Shown here: piece after piece, positions 22,294 to 34,314 of the stretch
How positions within the stretch are numbered: the first letter of the stretch is position 1
Layout: the number at the start of each line of letters is the position of its first letter
Origin: Yuukianura sp. NJ FZ-2021
Lineage: Eukaryota
Direction of reading: 5' to 3'
DNA: 64,000 nt
Assembly: GCA_046563655.1 (NCBI GenBank)
Contig: CM102286.1
Coordinates: 1,364,001 to 1,428,000 of the forward strand
Position numbers and translations under genes: made by a program
The notes under the pieces: generated by a model
Database searches by the model: none
What the model was told of the DNA's origin: nothing
Seen by the model: the letters and a program-made list of their open reading frames with translations, nothing else

Positions 22294-23475
22294 GACGTGG
22301 TTTGACGGATTAAAAGAAGTGTAGTCTAGAGGCACAGGAACGTCTACAGCAATTAGATGTCGATGTAGACTTCTTAATTAACAGTATTTGAGGTAAAATT
22401 ACCAAACGTTTATCGATTAGTTAATTGAAATACCGGTCAAAACAAAAAATCAATAACAAATTGGAAAGACAGCATAACATAAAATTCAACCCCTTTGCCG
22501 CCAGGTCTCACTTTTAATAATAACACGTTTCACGAACAACACCGTAACGCCCCATAACTTGGGGTAAAATAAGAACGGTAACTAGATTTATAATTGAAAG
22601 TAAATCAGCTTTAACAACTCCTGATTAACCTCATTTAATTAAGTGTACAACTTGATTAACACTTAACAACTAATCTGCGTATTCGTTACATTTTTAACTA
22701 GTATTAAGAATGCCCAGCTGTGTAGAGCCGGGTGTGGTTGGACTATCGGGAAAGTATTACACTTGCCGCAAAAATTATTTTGAAATTTGAAATTTAAATG
22801 TCCCGCGCTATTGAAAGGCAGCCTTTTATGGGGTACAACAAATTTCGTTCTTTGTTACGTTCTCATGAACAATAAACGAATTTCCAAACGCATTTAACTT
22901 TTAAATGACGGTTTTCAATGTAAGAAATAAAAGTAAGACTGTTTTTAGTCCAACAAATGTGAAAACTGTAAACTGAACATCCTTGGACAGCGGGTTTGTA
23001 TATGGGAGTTAACTTTTAGTCATTTTAGGTAATATCTTATGCTTTATATGAAAAGTTTTGTTTATAGCCAACACGAAGTGAAAGACAAAGTGAATTTTGG
23101 CACTTGGCGGATGATCTTTGTTTATCTGTAGAAGATGTGAGAGTCTTTAGTCTGGAGTTGGGAAGGATGGAAGAACGCATAACTAGAAAAATCACTTCCT
23201 GTCCAGCCTAAATCTCTAAAAGTTCATTCAAAATATTCATTGTGACACCAATTTTAACAACGGCCCTGCTTATATCTACTAAAATTTTCATTCTCAAAAT
23301 TATTGTGAAAACAAGCATCTTTTTGTAAACGTGAGGGTGAAAACCTTATGGTTTGTACATCAGCATAATCAATAGTGTCTGATTAAAGTTAGTAATCTGA
23401 CATTGTTGTATTCAAAGACGACTTGAGTAATGTGTTGTACGTTATGAAATAAATTTTACAACAATAATTTAAGCA

Positions 23476-25885
23476 ATGTTATTGAAGGAAACAATGGTGA
23501 CGCTTAAACGTTTTAAGAGGCAACTTCCAATTGCAATTTCCGCTCAAATTTTAGTCTTTTCCTTTTTAACTATTGTTTTCTATACGAATGCTGAACATGT
23601 CAATAGAACAGAACAATTTTCCGATCCACTCCGAGCGGACCCGACTGTATTCATTGCAACTTTTGTAAGAAACAAAGCTCATACGCTTCCATACTTCTTA
23701 ACACTTTTGGAACAATTGGATTATCCAAAGGACAGAATTGCAATTTGGTAAATTCTATTACACAAAATTTTGAAAAAAAAAATCAAACTAGATTTGAAAT
23801 TTTGATTGAAATTTCTTAATAAAATTAGGATTAGAAGCGACCATAACGAAGACACTACAGTTGATGTACTCTCGACCTGGAACAAACGAATTGAAAGTAC
23901 TGCCGAATACCATTCGTTTTCCAGCCAAGTTGTAGACGCTCCACCATTTAGACAAAGTGACCAAGATAATTCACCACTAAAATGGACACCAAAACGATTT
24001 CGACACCTCATCCGACTCAAAGAAGAAGCACTGCGAGTAGCAAAAAAGATGTGGGCTGATTATATTTGGGTAAGCTGACCTCGTGACCTCACAATACATC
24101 TTATATAGTTCAGTTTTGATTTAAGACTGTCTAATTCTTATGTTTTTTGTTCGTAGTTTCTAGATGCGGATGCATTTCTCGTGAACAATCACACACTGAG
24201 AGAATTGGTGTCCAAGAATAAGCGAATTGTAGCTCCCATGTTGATTTCTGGTGACCTCTACAGTAACTTTTGGGCTGGAATGGTTGACTACTACTATCAA
24301 AGGACAGATCGATACAAACAAATTCTACAACGGAAAGTAATTGGTTGTTTTGAAGTTCCCATGATCCATAGTGCAGTGCTTATGGATTTGAGATACAAAG
24401 AAATACCAGGATTCAAAGAACCAAGGAATTCAAACACCTCCAACCCAGTACCAGAAGATGACATAATCCGATTTGCAATTAATGCAAAGAACATGGGAAT
24501 TCAAATGGAAATTTGCAACGATTTGGAGTACGGAGCCATTTTGGCGCCACTGGAAGACGATCAGGATCTAGCCAGAGACGATGAGCAACTGCATAATCTC
24601 AGAGTCGAAGTGGCGTGTAAGATTCACAATTTTTAAAATTACTTTTGTTTAAAAAACTGATTTAAAAAACTTATAAACTTAATTTTTTTTTTCAAATAAT
24701 GGGTAATAGCTTATTGGTATCCACCGATGAAGGCTGCTGAAGATTTGAAAAAATGGGCTCAAGTTGATCCTAGTCCGACTACTGTCGGTTTTCACCAAGT
24801 TTACATGATCAATTTAAAGCGAAGACCGGATCGGTTGAACAAAATGACACAAGTGCTTAAAACTTTAGGAATTGAATTTCAACTTGTAGAAGCAACGGAT
24901 GGAAAGTAAGTTTTTGAAAAGAAATTCAGAAAAACATCAAACACTAACTAATTTTTGAATTTGTTTTTCCAGAGATCTGAATCCAGCCAAACTAGAGCAA
25001 TTGGGGATCAAACTTTTAGCGGAATACCGGGATCCGTATTCTAAACGAATCATGACCTACGGTGAAATCGGATGCTTCCTTAGTCACTATAGAGTTTGGC
25101 AAGATGTAAGTTTGTCAAAATTAAACTTTTCAAAATTTTAAATTCTCATGTTAAAAAAATGTAAATTCTTGATTTTGTGTTCAGATGCTCAAGAACCATT
25201 ACCAGACTGCATTAATTTTAGAAGATGACATTCGATTTGAGCCTTACTTTGTCTTTCAACTCAAAAGACTCTTTGAAGAAGCGGGTGACCTCAAACTAAA
25301 CTGGGATTTAATGTGAGCTACTAAAGATTTTTCAGAAATGCCGTAAAAACTCGAGTGAAAATGAAAATGAAATGGATTTTATACAAAGGTAAAATTTTAA
25401 TACTTTGATTTTTGTACACTTCAGATACCTTGGTAGAAAACGACCTTCGAATGCTCAAGAGGAATTTGTGCCAGGTTCAAATTTAATTGTACAATTAGGC
25501 TATTCGTATTGGACTCTGGGATACGCCATAACATTAAGAGGCGTTAAGAAATTGATAGAAGCCAAACCACTAGAGAAGATGGTTCCCATTGACGAATTTC
25601 TGCCAATCATGTTCAATCGACATGCAAAGTAAAAAACTCAAACCAGTTAATGGCTTATAAAGTTTAAGTAATTAAGAAATAACTTTGTTATTTTTAATGT
25701 TTTGTCTTAGTTATGGTTGGATGGCATCGTTTCCAGTGAGAAATTTGAGGGCCTACTCTGCCGAACCACTTTTGTTGTACCCTACTCACTACACGGGTGA
25801 AGTCGGATACATTTCTGACACGGAAACATCGTCTACCGTCAAATGTAGCCAAACGAAAAACTGCACAATCAAGGACGAGCTTTAG
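23476..25885 (+). CDS. COLGALT: Procollagen galactosyltransferase (GT25 family)
   Basis: RNKAHTLPYFL..LDYPKDRI, DHNED, FLDAD, YSNFWAGM, INLKRRPDR, GEIGCFLSHY, LEDD, YSYWTLGY, PTHYTGE.GYISDTE, C-terminal KDEL. Confidence 0.95.
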
Positions 25886-26127
25886 ACAAACAACGTTTGT
25901 GTTTCTAGTTTTAAGCACAGTACGTATGTGCAGTAGCGTCTACTACTTACAGTTCCTAACTGTGCCATATACTCATTTTTTATTTTGGTCAGTCTACTTT
26001 TGTGTTCTGTGTGACTTTTGTTACCCACTTTTTCAGGAACTTAGATAAAATGTGACATTAAATGTAACTTTTTAGCACACTTCTATTCTTTTCATAACTA
26101 TAATTTTTGTGACTTTTTCATTTCTTT

Positions 26128-28972
26128 TCATTGTTCCAAAAGTCGCAGGACGAGAGCCTTGAGAAGTCGGGCTTCATATGTGACTGTGTTCTTACCAAGA
26201 TGTGTTGGCGATGCTTCCAATGGAGATTCGATTACTGTCTTGACATTTCGTCCATACGCTAAAAAATGTTGAGTTAGCGCAAAAATTCAAACTCTAACTT
26301 CAAAAATACGTAATCTGTTAACTTACTTTCACAGTGTTCCAGAAATTGGATGCAGTCGGCAAAAACACTTTCACGAACATTGGTCAAGTGCTTGACTCCT
26401 TTTTCAATCATGGAGATGAAACATCGTTTGGCATAAAACCTAGTTTGGAGGAAAGTAACTATTATCCAACTAGTTTCATTGTATAAAAAGTGAAGAATTT
26501 TTTTGAAAAGTGCTTTTTTGTCTAACCAAGTGTCAGTTCCAAGTTTTTTGTTGTAGGGTTCCAAGCTTTTGATGATCCGCGAAATGCCAAAATCGTAGTT
26601 CCCTTTGGCACAATACAGCGTTCCAATGACCATGTTCACAATGCAGAGATGAAACAACTTTTGATCAGGATTTTCAAACGCAACTTGCTCCTCTTCCCGC
26701 TCAATCTTACGCATGAGCTCTTCCGCTTCTTCGTTTTGGCCTGTCATGATGTACGACACGCACAAATTGGCCAAAACTATGGCACTCACATCTAAAATCT
26801 AAGAAGCAAAAATATATACATGAAATTGAGAATTTTTAGTTATGTTTTTAAGTTCTTACGTGGTTGTAACTTTTCTTCACGATTGATTCATAGAAACTGG
26901 CTGCTTCACGAAATTTATTTTCCTGCATGAAAATGACATGAGCCACATTCAGTTTCCAAATGTCCATTTCGTTACAAAATTCAACAGATTTTCGAAAAAT
27001 CTGTTCCACTTGAGGGTAGTTTTCCTTCTCCCAAAATATTTTTGCCTGAGCCATCAACACTGGAATGTATTTGCTAAAACACAAAAATCAAAATTTCAAA
27101 TTAGAATAAGTTTTTTTTTTTCTGTTTCAAAAGCAATACCTCGTAAGCGTTTCGTCATATTCAGTACAAAGTTTGCTCGCCAGTGCATCTTGCCCACTGC
27201 CTTTGGCTTCTTGAACCTATATAAGTACAGTTTCAGAATACAGAAAAAAAATTTTTAACACAACTTTTTTTTGAATCTTTACCTGTTTTGTCTGTTTTCG
27301 CAAAGTCTCGCCAGTACGATTCGCCAAGTCATCAAATTTTCTGTACGCTTCTTCCGGAGATGTTTGTTGCATGATGAGAGCGTCGAAGAAGTCATACATA
27401 AACTTTGGAACAGGAAGAACAAAACACATAAATCAGCATATTAATACAAAATTGCATAGGTCACGCGCGGAACGGATCTCACCGGCGTCAAGTACTTGTA
27501 AGTCAAATGAGCATAATCAGCCATGATGTCTGCAGCCATGTCGTAGCACTCGTATTTACAGTACAACAGCAGCAAGTTTCCAAAAGTTTCCGGTGGAAAT
27601 GGATTCTGAGATAGCAAAAATTGAAGTTTTTCGAATCCTTCTGTCGGATTGTTCTCCATGTTCAAAATGGCTTGATTGTGCAGTGTGATCGCATCCAACT
27701 CGGATTCATTTCTAGGCGGCATGTCTGTCAGCGCTTCTCGGGCTCCTTTGGCTAAAAAAAATTACTATTATTTTTTTGAAAAAATTGTATTTACTTTTTT
27801 TTTAGAATATGTTTGTATACGATTTTGAATGTCGAATTCAAATGCTGCTTTGAGGTTGAATGCTTCGATGAACGCGGTTTCATGAAGCGTCAATGTGTTT
27901 CCGACGCTAGGAAGTTCAATTCCTTCCGTAATGACTCCAACGCCCATCTCCGGATGTTGTCCAACTTCATTCTGAATGATGTCAGCTACATAAATCAAAG
28001 AGTGGATAATTTATGGCACTTAATTAACAAACGTTAATTAATCAATTTTCAATTAACGGAATGCATACCAATGTGTTTAGCAGCCATCGGAATGTTTTGG
28101 AGTCTGTAGTAGGAGAGGGCGATGTTGTAGGACAAATGAGGGTCATAGCCAATCACTTGTGACGCTGCCAAGAATCGCTGCAGACCCTCCTCAAATCTTC
28201 CTTCCTGTTCCAAAAAGTATATAATTAAATAAATTATTTAAAAATAATATATATTTTTTTCAATAACCTTATACAACAAGCATCCACGGTTGACCTCCGT
28301 GTCAGGGTCATCTGCTGGACATTTGTCAACTAGTGATTTTGCATTGGCCAGTTCGTCCGCCCCGTATTTGATTGCTGCTTGCAGTTTCAATACCTTCAGA
28401 AAGCAATTATTTTTATATATCAAAATCACTTTTTTTTTCAAAATTTTTAAATTTTTGTAAACTTACTTTCCCTTGAAACTCGGGTGATTCAATTTGGCAA
28501 GTGACATCCATGGCTTCGTCGTAGGCGCAGGCGTGGTAGAGTGCTTGGGCATAGAACAGTCGGTAGCCTTCGATTGCCGGGAAAAGTTGAACGAGGCGTT
28601 CGTAACACAGAGCGGCATTGTTGAATTCCTGTGAATGAAAGTAGCAGTATCCAAGAAGTGACAAGGCTGAACGACTCTGAAAAAAAAATTAAAGGTCAAA
28701 GGTCAATGACATTTCTTCATAAAAACAGCAGTTTTGGTAATATTTACATTTGAGTAGTATTCCAATTGATCTTCCAGAAGAGAAATGGCTTCTGTGAATT
28801 GTTGTTCCTTGATCTGAAATTTCCCAATTCAGTTCAATTAGACTTAACTGCAAAATGTCACCATCCAATTGGGAAGTGATTAACAAATGGTTATTTAATG
28901 ACAGTAAACATTAGTTACCAAATTGTAGATAATCTTCGTGTGATCTCCCTCTCGAATGTCAGCTTTACTCAT
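26128..28972 (-). CDS. TTC30: Intraflagellar transport protein IFT70 / TTC30 (fleer, DYF-1)
   Basis: MSKADIREGDHTKIIYNL, LSLLGYCYF, EAFNLKAA, DMPPR.ESELDAITLHNQA, PFPPETFGNLLLLYCK, SAIVLANLCVSYIMT.QNEEAEELMRKIE, TVTYEARLL. Confidence 0.96.
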
Positions 28973-29172
28973 GATTTCTTCGGAAAATATCAAAATTCAG
29001 CAAAGAAACGAACTTTGAACTTTTGCCAAGATCTTCAAGGTTGAGTTCACAATGTTCTTAAAAATTCAGCCGTAAATTATTCAAAACCCTCGCTAAAGTT
29101 TTATTTCCTCTGCAAAGTGGCAAGGTTAGTTTACCTTTTTGCAAATGTCTGTTTGTTGTGTTTCTGTTTGAC

Positions 29173-29186
29173 GTTTCCATGACAAC
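29173..29186. promoter_or_regulatory. RFX X-box upstream of IFT70, with an adjacent forkhead-like TGTTTGT site
   Basis: GTTTCC-AT-GACAAC matches RYYNYY-N1-3-RRNRAC, about 200 bp upstream of the ATG of a core ciliary gene; TGTTTGT at ~29150. Confidence 0.7.
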
Positions 29187-31303
29187 ATAGGTTATGTTCT
29201 GTTATGTTATGCTGAAACATGGACTAAAAACCTAGGTTTGTGATTGGTGGATTAAAAACCTGTCAAAATTCAGGCCAAATTGGATATCGATGTTATGTGT
29301 ACATGAATAACTGAATAAATTCCATTTGCTCGTGTTCGAATCCAACCATCAGACAAGATTTATTGCAAAAAGCAAGAATATCGATTCATTCCATAAAAAA
29401 TTCTAAGTTCTAGAGAGAAGTTTTCAAAATTGAGTGTTTGCCAAGAAAAAATGTTTTCCGAGTTTTGGGAATGAGCAGGTGAATTTTCAAATGACGCAAC
29501 CTCCAAGTATTTGACTTTACTATGTATACTCTGCTCAAAATGTTTGTCATCTATAAAAAAAAAGTGCTAAAATACATTTCGAAAGAAAAAAATAACATTG
29601 TCCTTGAATTTTTTTTTCTTGAGATTCCTAGATTTAAAGTCATGTTCGCTTCTAGCCATAACGATCAATTAACAACCACGTGAAAAACAAATTGTAAGAT
29701 TCAACGCACATATTCTCGTAATGTGTTTGTCTATTGTCCACAAACACATAATACATTGCAACATTTCAGAAGCACCACGAGGATTCGCTGTAAAAAAGTG
29801 AAAGAAGTTACAGATGAATGCTTGTTCCACCAAAAGTCATAAATCAGCCATTATGCATCGACCAAATCTCCTACAGTCAAAAGCTAGAGGTCAAAGTCCC
29901 AAAATAGAATTTGTTTTGAAAAACTAGCAACAAGCTTAACATAACACACGAAAAAGAGGAACAGCGCAAGGATCAAGGGAATTACAAGACTAGTCGTTCA
30001 TTTGTTAACGACTCATCATCACTTCCCAGCAACATCATATAAACAAGTCACACGCTTTTTCGAAATTTTACAAGTTCTACGGAAAAAGTGAAACTCAAAA
30101 GTCAAAATGTAAGTTCCATTAAGAAAAAACACACTCTAGATAAGTTACAGTTTAGTCTTGTGCAAGCGCTTGACCTCTGACATTCTGCACTCAACAAATC
30201 TGTGGCGTGTGCCTGCTATTTGAAATGTTACATTCATGCACGTTTTTTTGAAAACCAAAAGTAGTTAGTGCACTTTGGGAGGTCACAGCCTCCACTACCT
30301 TGAATCTGTTTTTTTGCTGCATGATTTCTGAAAAAAAATCATGCGTCACACTTTTTTTTTCAGTGACTAGTGAACAATTCATCTTCATCACACGAATCCA
30401 AATTCAGTTTTTGTCAGATTCGTGTCAAAGTCAATACTGTAGTTGTTTACTAAAACTTTTTTGAAACTTTTAAAAAGTTTGTTGATCTATGCTCGAAAGT
30501 GGTTCACCGTCGTAAAAAAGTTGAGTTTGTTCAACGTGTGCGAAATTTCGATTTCGCAAAAAGTTTACAACACTAAAAAAGTTGTTACTCCTTTTACAGT
30601 TACCGTATTTTCGTGTGTGTCATCCATGCCGCCTTACTTTTGCTCCGTTTCATAAAACGGAACATTTTTTTTTAGTTCAGTGTGAATTGTACAGTGGATT
30701 GGGCGGTTCGGAACCTTCAGCTTTGTGTTTGTTCGTCAGTTCCAGTTTGTTTGGATTTTAGTCACAAAAGATTAGATTAGAGGACAATTAGGCCGCATGG
30801 ATACACAGGAATATTGTGGAAATGTCTAATTTCACAAAACATTCACACGGAAAGTAATTTCTCATGTATTGTTCAACTGTTGTGTGAAAATTTCAAAATG
30901 GATTTGAAAAGTGAGTCATAGGTGAGAGTTCATCATAAAGGCAAAACTACCATCGAAAAACACCTTACGGGACAAAATTTTGCCTCAAATCAAAAAATTC
31001 AACATATGGAATAAAAAATTTGGAAATTTCGAAAATTTGTTGACTCAAAGTTAGTGTCAGTGACGCGCCCAAAACGGTTCCAAATTGTTTTTGAACTGAT
31101 TAGACCATTTGATATCAGTCCGGAAAAAGATTAGTCAAAATGATCGTCCAGGATTTATCGTGCACCTATCAGTCTAACATAGTCATCGCTTACCACTGGA
31201 AGTGAAAGTGGTCCAAATTTCAAAAAGCAGAAATTCAAAAACATTTTTTGAAATACTTTTGAAAAAGTGATTTTGGAGTGTGTCATTGCATGTAAAAGTT
31301 ACA

Positions 31304-33118
31304 ATGTCGTGGTCAGTCATTTTCATTTTCGAGTTTTTGCTACTTCTCAGCCAAAAAGAACAAATTCTGGGCAAAGAATGGCCAAAGTGGATGGACATTC
31401 CATCGGACGTTGACAACTTAGGTGACCTCTGTGACCCTGGGAATGACACGATTGGACGTAAGTTAGGTTGTGACTGTCGTCACCCTGTCATGACCCCTGG
31501 TCGCAACTTATACGCCGACTGCAGTGGTCAGTCCATTGACTCCGAAAGTATGAAACTTCCTCCCAAAATCAACATTTCTATGCACGTCCGCCGCCTAATT
31601 TTTAGTGACAACTTCCTGTCGGCCGTTACAGAAGAAACTTTCGGTTCAGTTGACGGCGTCACAGAAGCCAGTTTCAGCCGAAATCGAATCCAGACGTTCA
31701 ATGGCGCCATGTTCAAACGCCTTGCCACGCTGGACTTGAGTTACAACCAAATTCAAAATTTGAGTTCCGATGCATTTTCGGGGTGTCTCAAACTTGAAAA
31801 CCTAGATTTGAGCTACAACCAATTGTCATACATCGATAGTGACACTTTTAGTCACTTGTTGTACCTCCGCGTGTTGAATTTGGGGTCAAACTTAATTGGA
31901 AATGGAGTTGAACTTTTTGATGAATATCCATTCAAATTGGAACATTTGGAGCGTCTAGAAGAAATTGACTTGAGTAACAACAGTCTCCAGGACTTTCCGA
32001 CTTCAATTCTGGAGGGATCGGATCATATCAAAAAACTGGATTTGAGAAATAACAGAATTTTGCATATCCCGCCTGGAGAGTTTTTGATGCTGGAGAGTCT
32101 GGAGGTCCTTGACCTCTCTGGCAACTTACTGAACATTCTACATGCAAATTCGTTCCAAGGATTACTGAACCTCCATACGCTGGTTCTGGATGGAAACCAA
32201 GATTTAGTTCTGATTGAAGAGCACGTGAGTCAGAATAACTTTAGTTTTAATTATAATGCAAAATTATTCCGGAAGTTTTAGTACTAAAACTGGGCCAACT
32301 TTTAGGCTTTCGCTGGGTTGCCTTATCTAAAAGAACTTTCGTGTCAAAGGAATCATCGTCTGGTGGCCATTGACCCCATGGCATTCAAGGTAAAAAAGCA
32401 TGCACATGAAAGTGCAAGGTCAAAGGTCAAAGGTCAAATTGAAACTTTTACAATGTAATTTTTTTTTAAAACTTTTTTGATGCAATTTTTAGGCCGACAT
32501 TACAGCTAAAACGAACACCTCCAATCCTACTACTGTTCGACTTGGCGACAACGCTTTGACATTTTTTGACGAAAATTTACTTGATTGGAAAAATTTGGAA
32601 TTTCTTGACCTCGTTCGAAATCCGTGGATTTGCGACTGCAACCTCCAGTGGGTCGCTACATTTCGAGAACAAAATTCAGCCGAAGCAGCCATTTTGATCG
32701 ACTCTGACTTCAAGTAACCCCAAAATCAAAAATTTCAAAGTTTTAGAAAAACATTTCCAAACTTTATAGCTTTTGACTAAATTTTTGTAGATGTGCTGCT
32801 CCAGAACCACTGAAGGACCGTGCCGTAGCCACTTTGGAGTCTAGCGAACTTATGTGCTACTCTGCAACTGCAGCCATCATCGGAGTCATTGCCATTGTCA
32901 TCGTTGGTCTCATTCTAGTCACCTTCTGTACAGTGGTTGGCCTCAACGCCTTTGGCCTCATGCCAGAGTCATTCAGAAAACTTAACGTTTTTGGCCAGTT
33001 TCACTCTCTGCCAAAATACGTTCGAGTGAGAGCCAGAAGCAGTGCCAGTTGCACTTCGGAACCTCCGCCCCCTGACATGGAGTGGGACACTGCAGATGTG
33101 GGGCATTTCGGAAAGTGA
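31304..33118 (+). CDS. Extracellular leucine-rich-repeat single-pass membrane protein (LRRNT-LRR-LRRCT-TM)
   Basis: Signal peptide MSWSVIFIFEFLLLL, Cys cap CDC..ADC, many LxxLDLSxNxL repeats, LRRCT NPWICDCNLQW..CAAPEPL, hydrophobic TM AIIGVIAIVIVGLILV, short tail; 4 coding exons. Confidence 0.88.
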
Positions 33119-34129
33119 AATGAATGACCTTGTGACCTACAGCTATTATTTTGTGCATTTTGCATTTAAACCCGCACTTGAATCCTAAAATGTAGTTTTA
33201 CAAATTAAAATGCAGGAAAGGCGTGCCAAATTTTTACAACGCATGGACAGTGATAAGAATGAAACCTAAAATGCAGTTCAAAGTTAAGTTATTTATAATT
33301 GAATAATAATTAGTTGAATAATTAATAATTAGTTAGTTTCGATATGTAAAAATATAAGTTTTTAAGTAATTGAGTTTATTTTAACTCAATCAGTTGCATA
33401 ATAGTATTAGTAAAGTAAGTGACAAAATAGGTGACATATTCTTTACATTAAGCACAAAACGGAATTAGGAAACTAAGCATCCGTGTCGCCCGCAACCACA
33501 GCTCTGAAAAAAAGCAAAAGCATAGGAATTAGGAAGAAGGGAAAAGCAAAAATTAAACATAAAGCAAGGAATTGTATTGAAACTGAATAAAATTTAGTAA
33601 TAAAAACGTAAATTAGCACAACATAAGATAGCGTTGTAGGTCATTAACGCAAAAAAATATAGCAAGTTGACAACAGTGCAACTGAATTGGGGGTCGGTTA
33701 GATTTAAAAGGCAGTGTTAGATTTCATTGGTAAGTAGGGTCAGTTCTGCCAACTTGTCGAATTCGCGCTTATTGTTTTCGCTCTTATGACCTGGAACCCC
33801 AAACAACAGCAATAAAGAACTAAAATACAAATATCAAGAAATTAACACACTTTGTTACTTTTTGAGACAAAAACCTGAAAATATTTTGAAAAGTAGAGCA
33901 AAAGTTGAACTCTCTGTTCAATTGATTTCTAATTTACACACAAAAGGAGGCATTTGTTATGGCCACTTTCACTTCTGTGGTCATTCACTCCAGCATTTTC
34001 ACCGGCATCATAAAAGTTTGTTTCCATGCAAAAAAGTCGTTGAAAAGAGAAACAAGTGGAAACGGAAACAAAAAGAAACACAAACCCAAAAACCCAGAAG
34101 AAATCGAAAGTCAAAATTCAAGTCACATT

Positions 34130-34143
34130 ATTCTCTTGGCAAC
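34130..34143. promoter_or_regulatory. RFX X-box upstream of ARMC9
   Basis: ATTCTC-TT-GGCAAC fits the X-box consensus, about 170 bp upstream of the ATG. Confidence 0.55.
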
Positions 34144-34314
34144 GCTTGACCAGAAAACTACAAAGTTACAAAAAACAACACAAAGTATCTCTGAAATCTG
34201 CTGTTTTTTCGTATTGAACCGGTCGGTCCAAAAAATTCTGTAAATTTTTGGAAGTTCCTCGAAAAGTCTCCAATTTGAACTTCCACACAATTTGAGCACA
34301 ACTAAAAAGATAAA

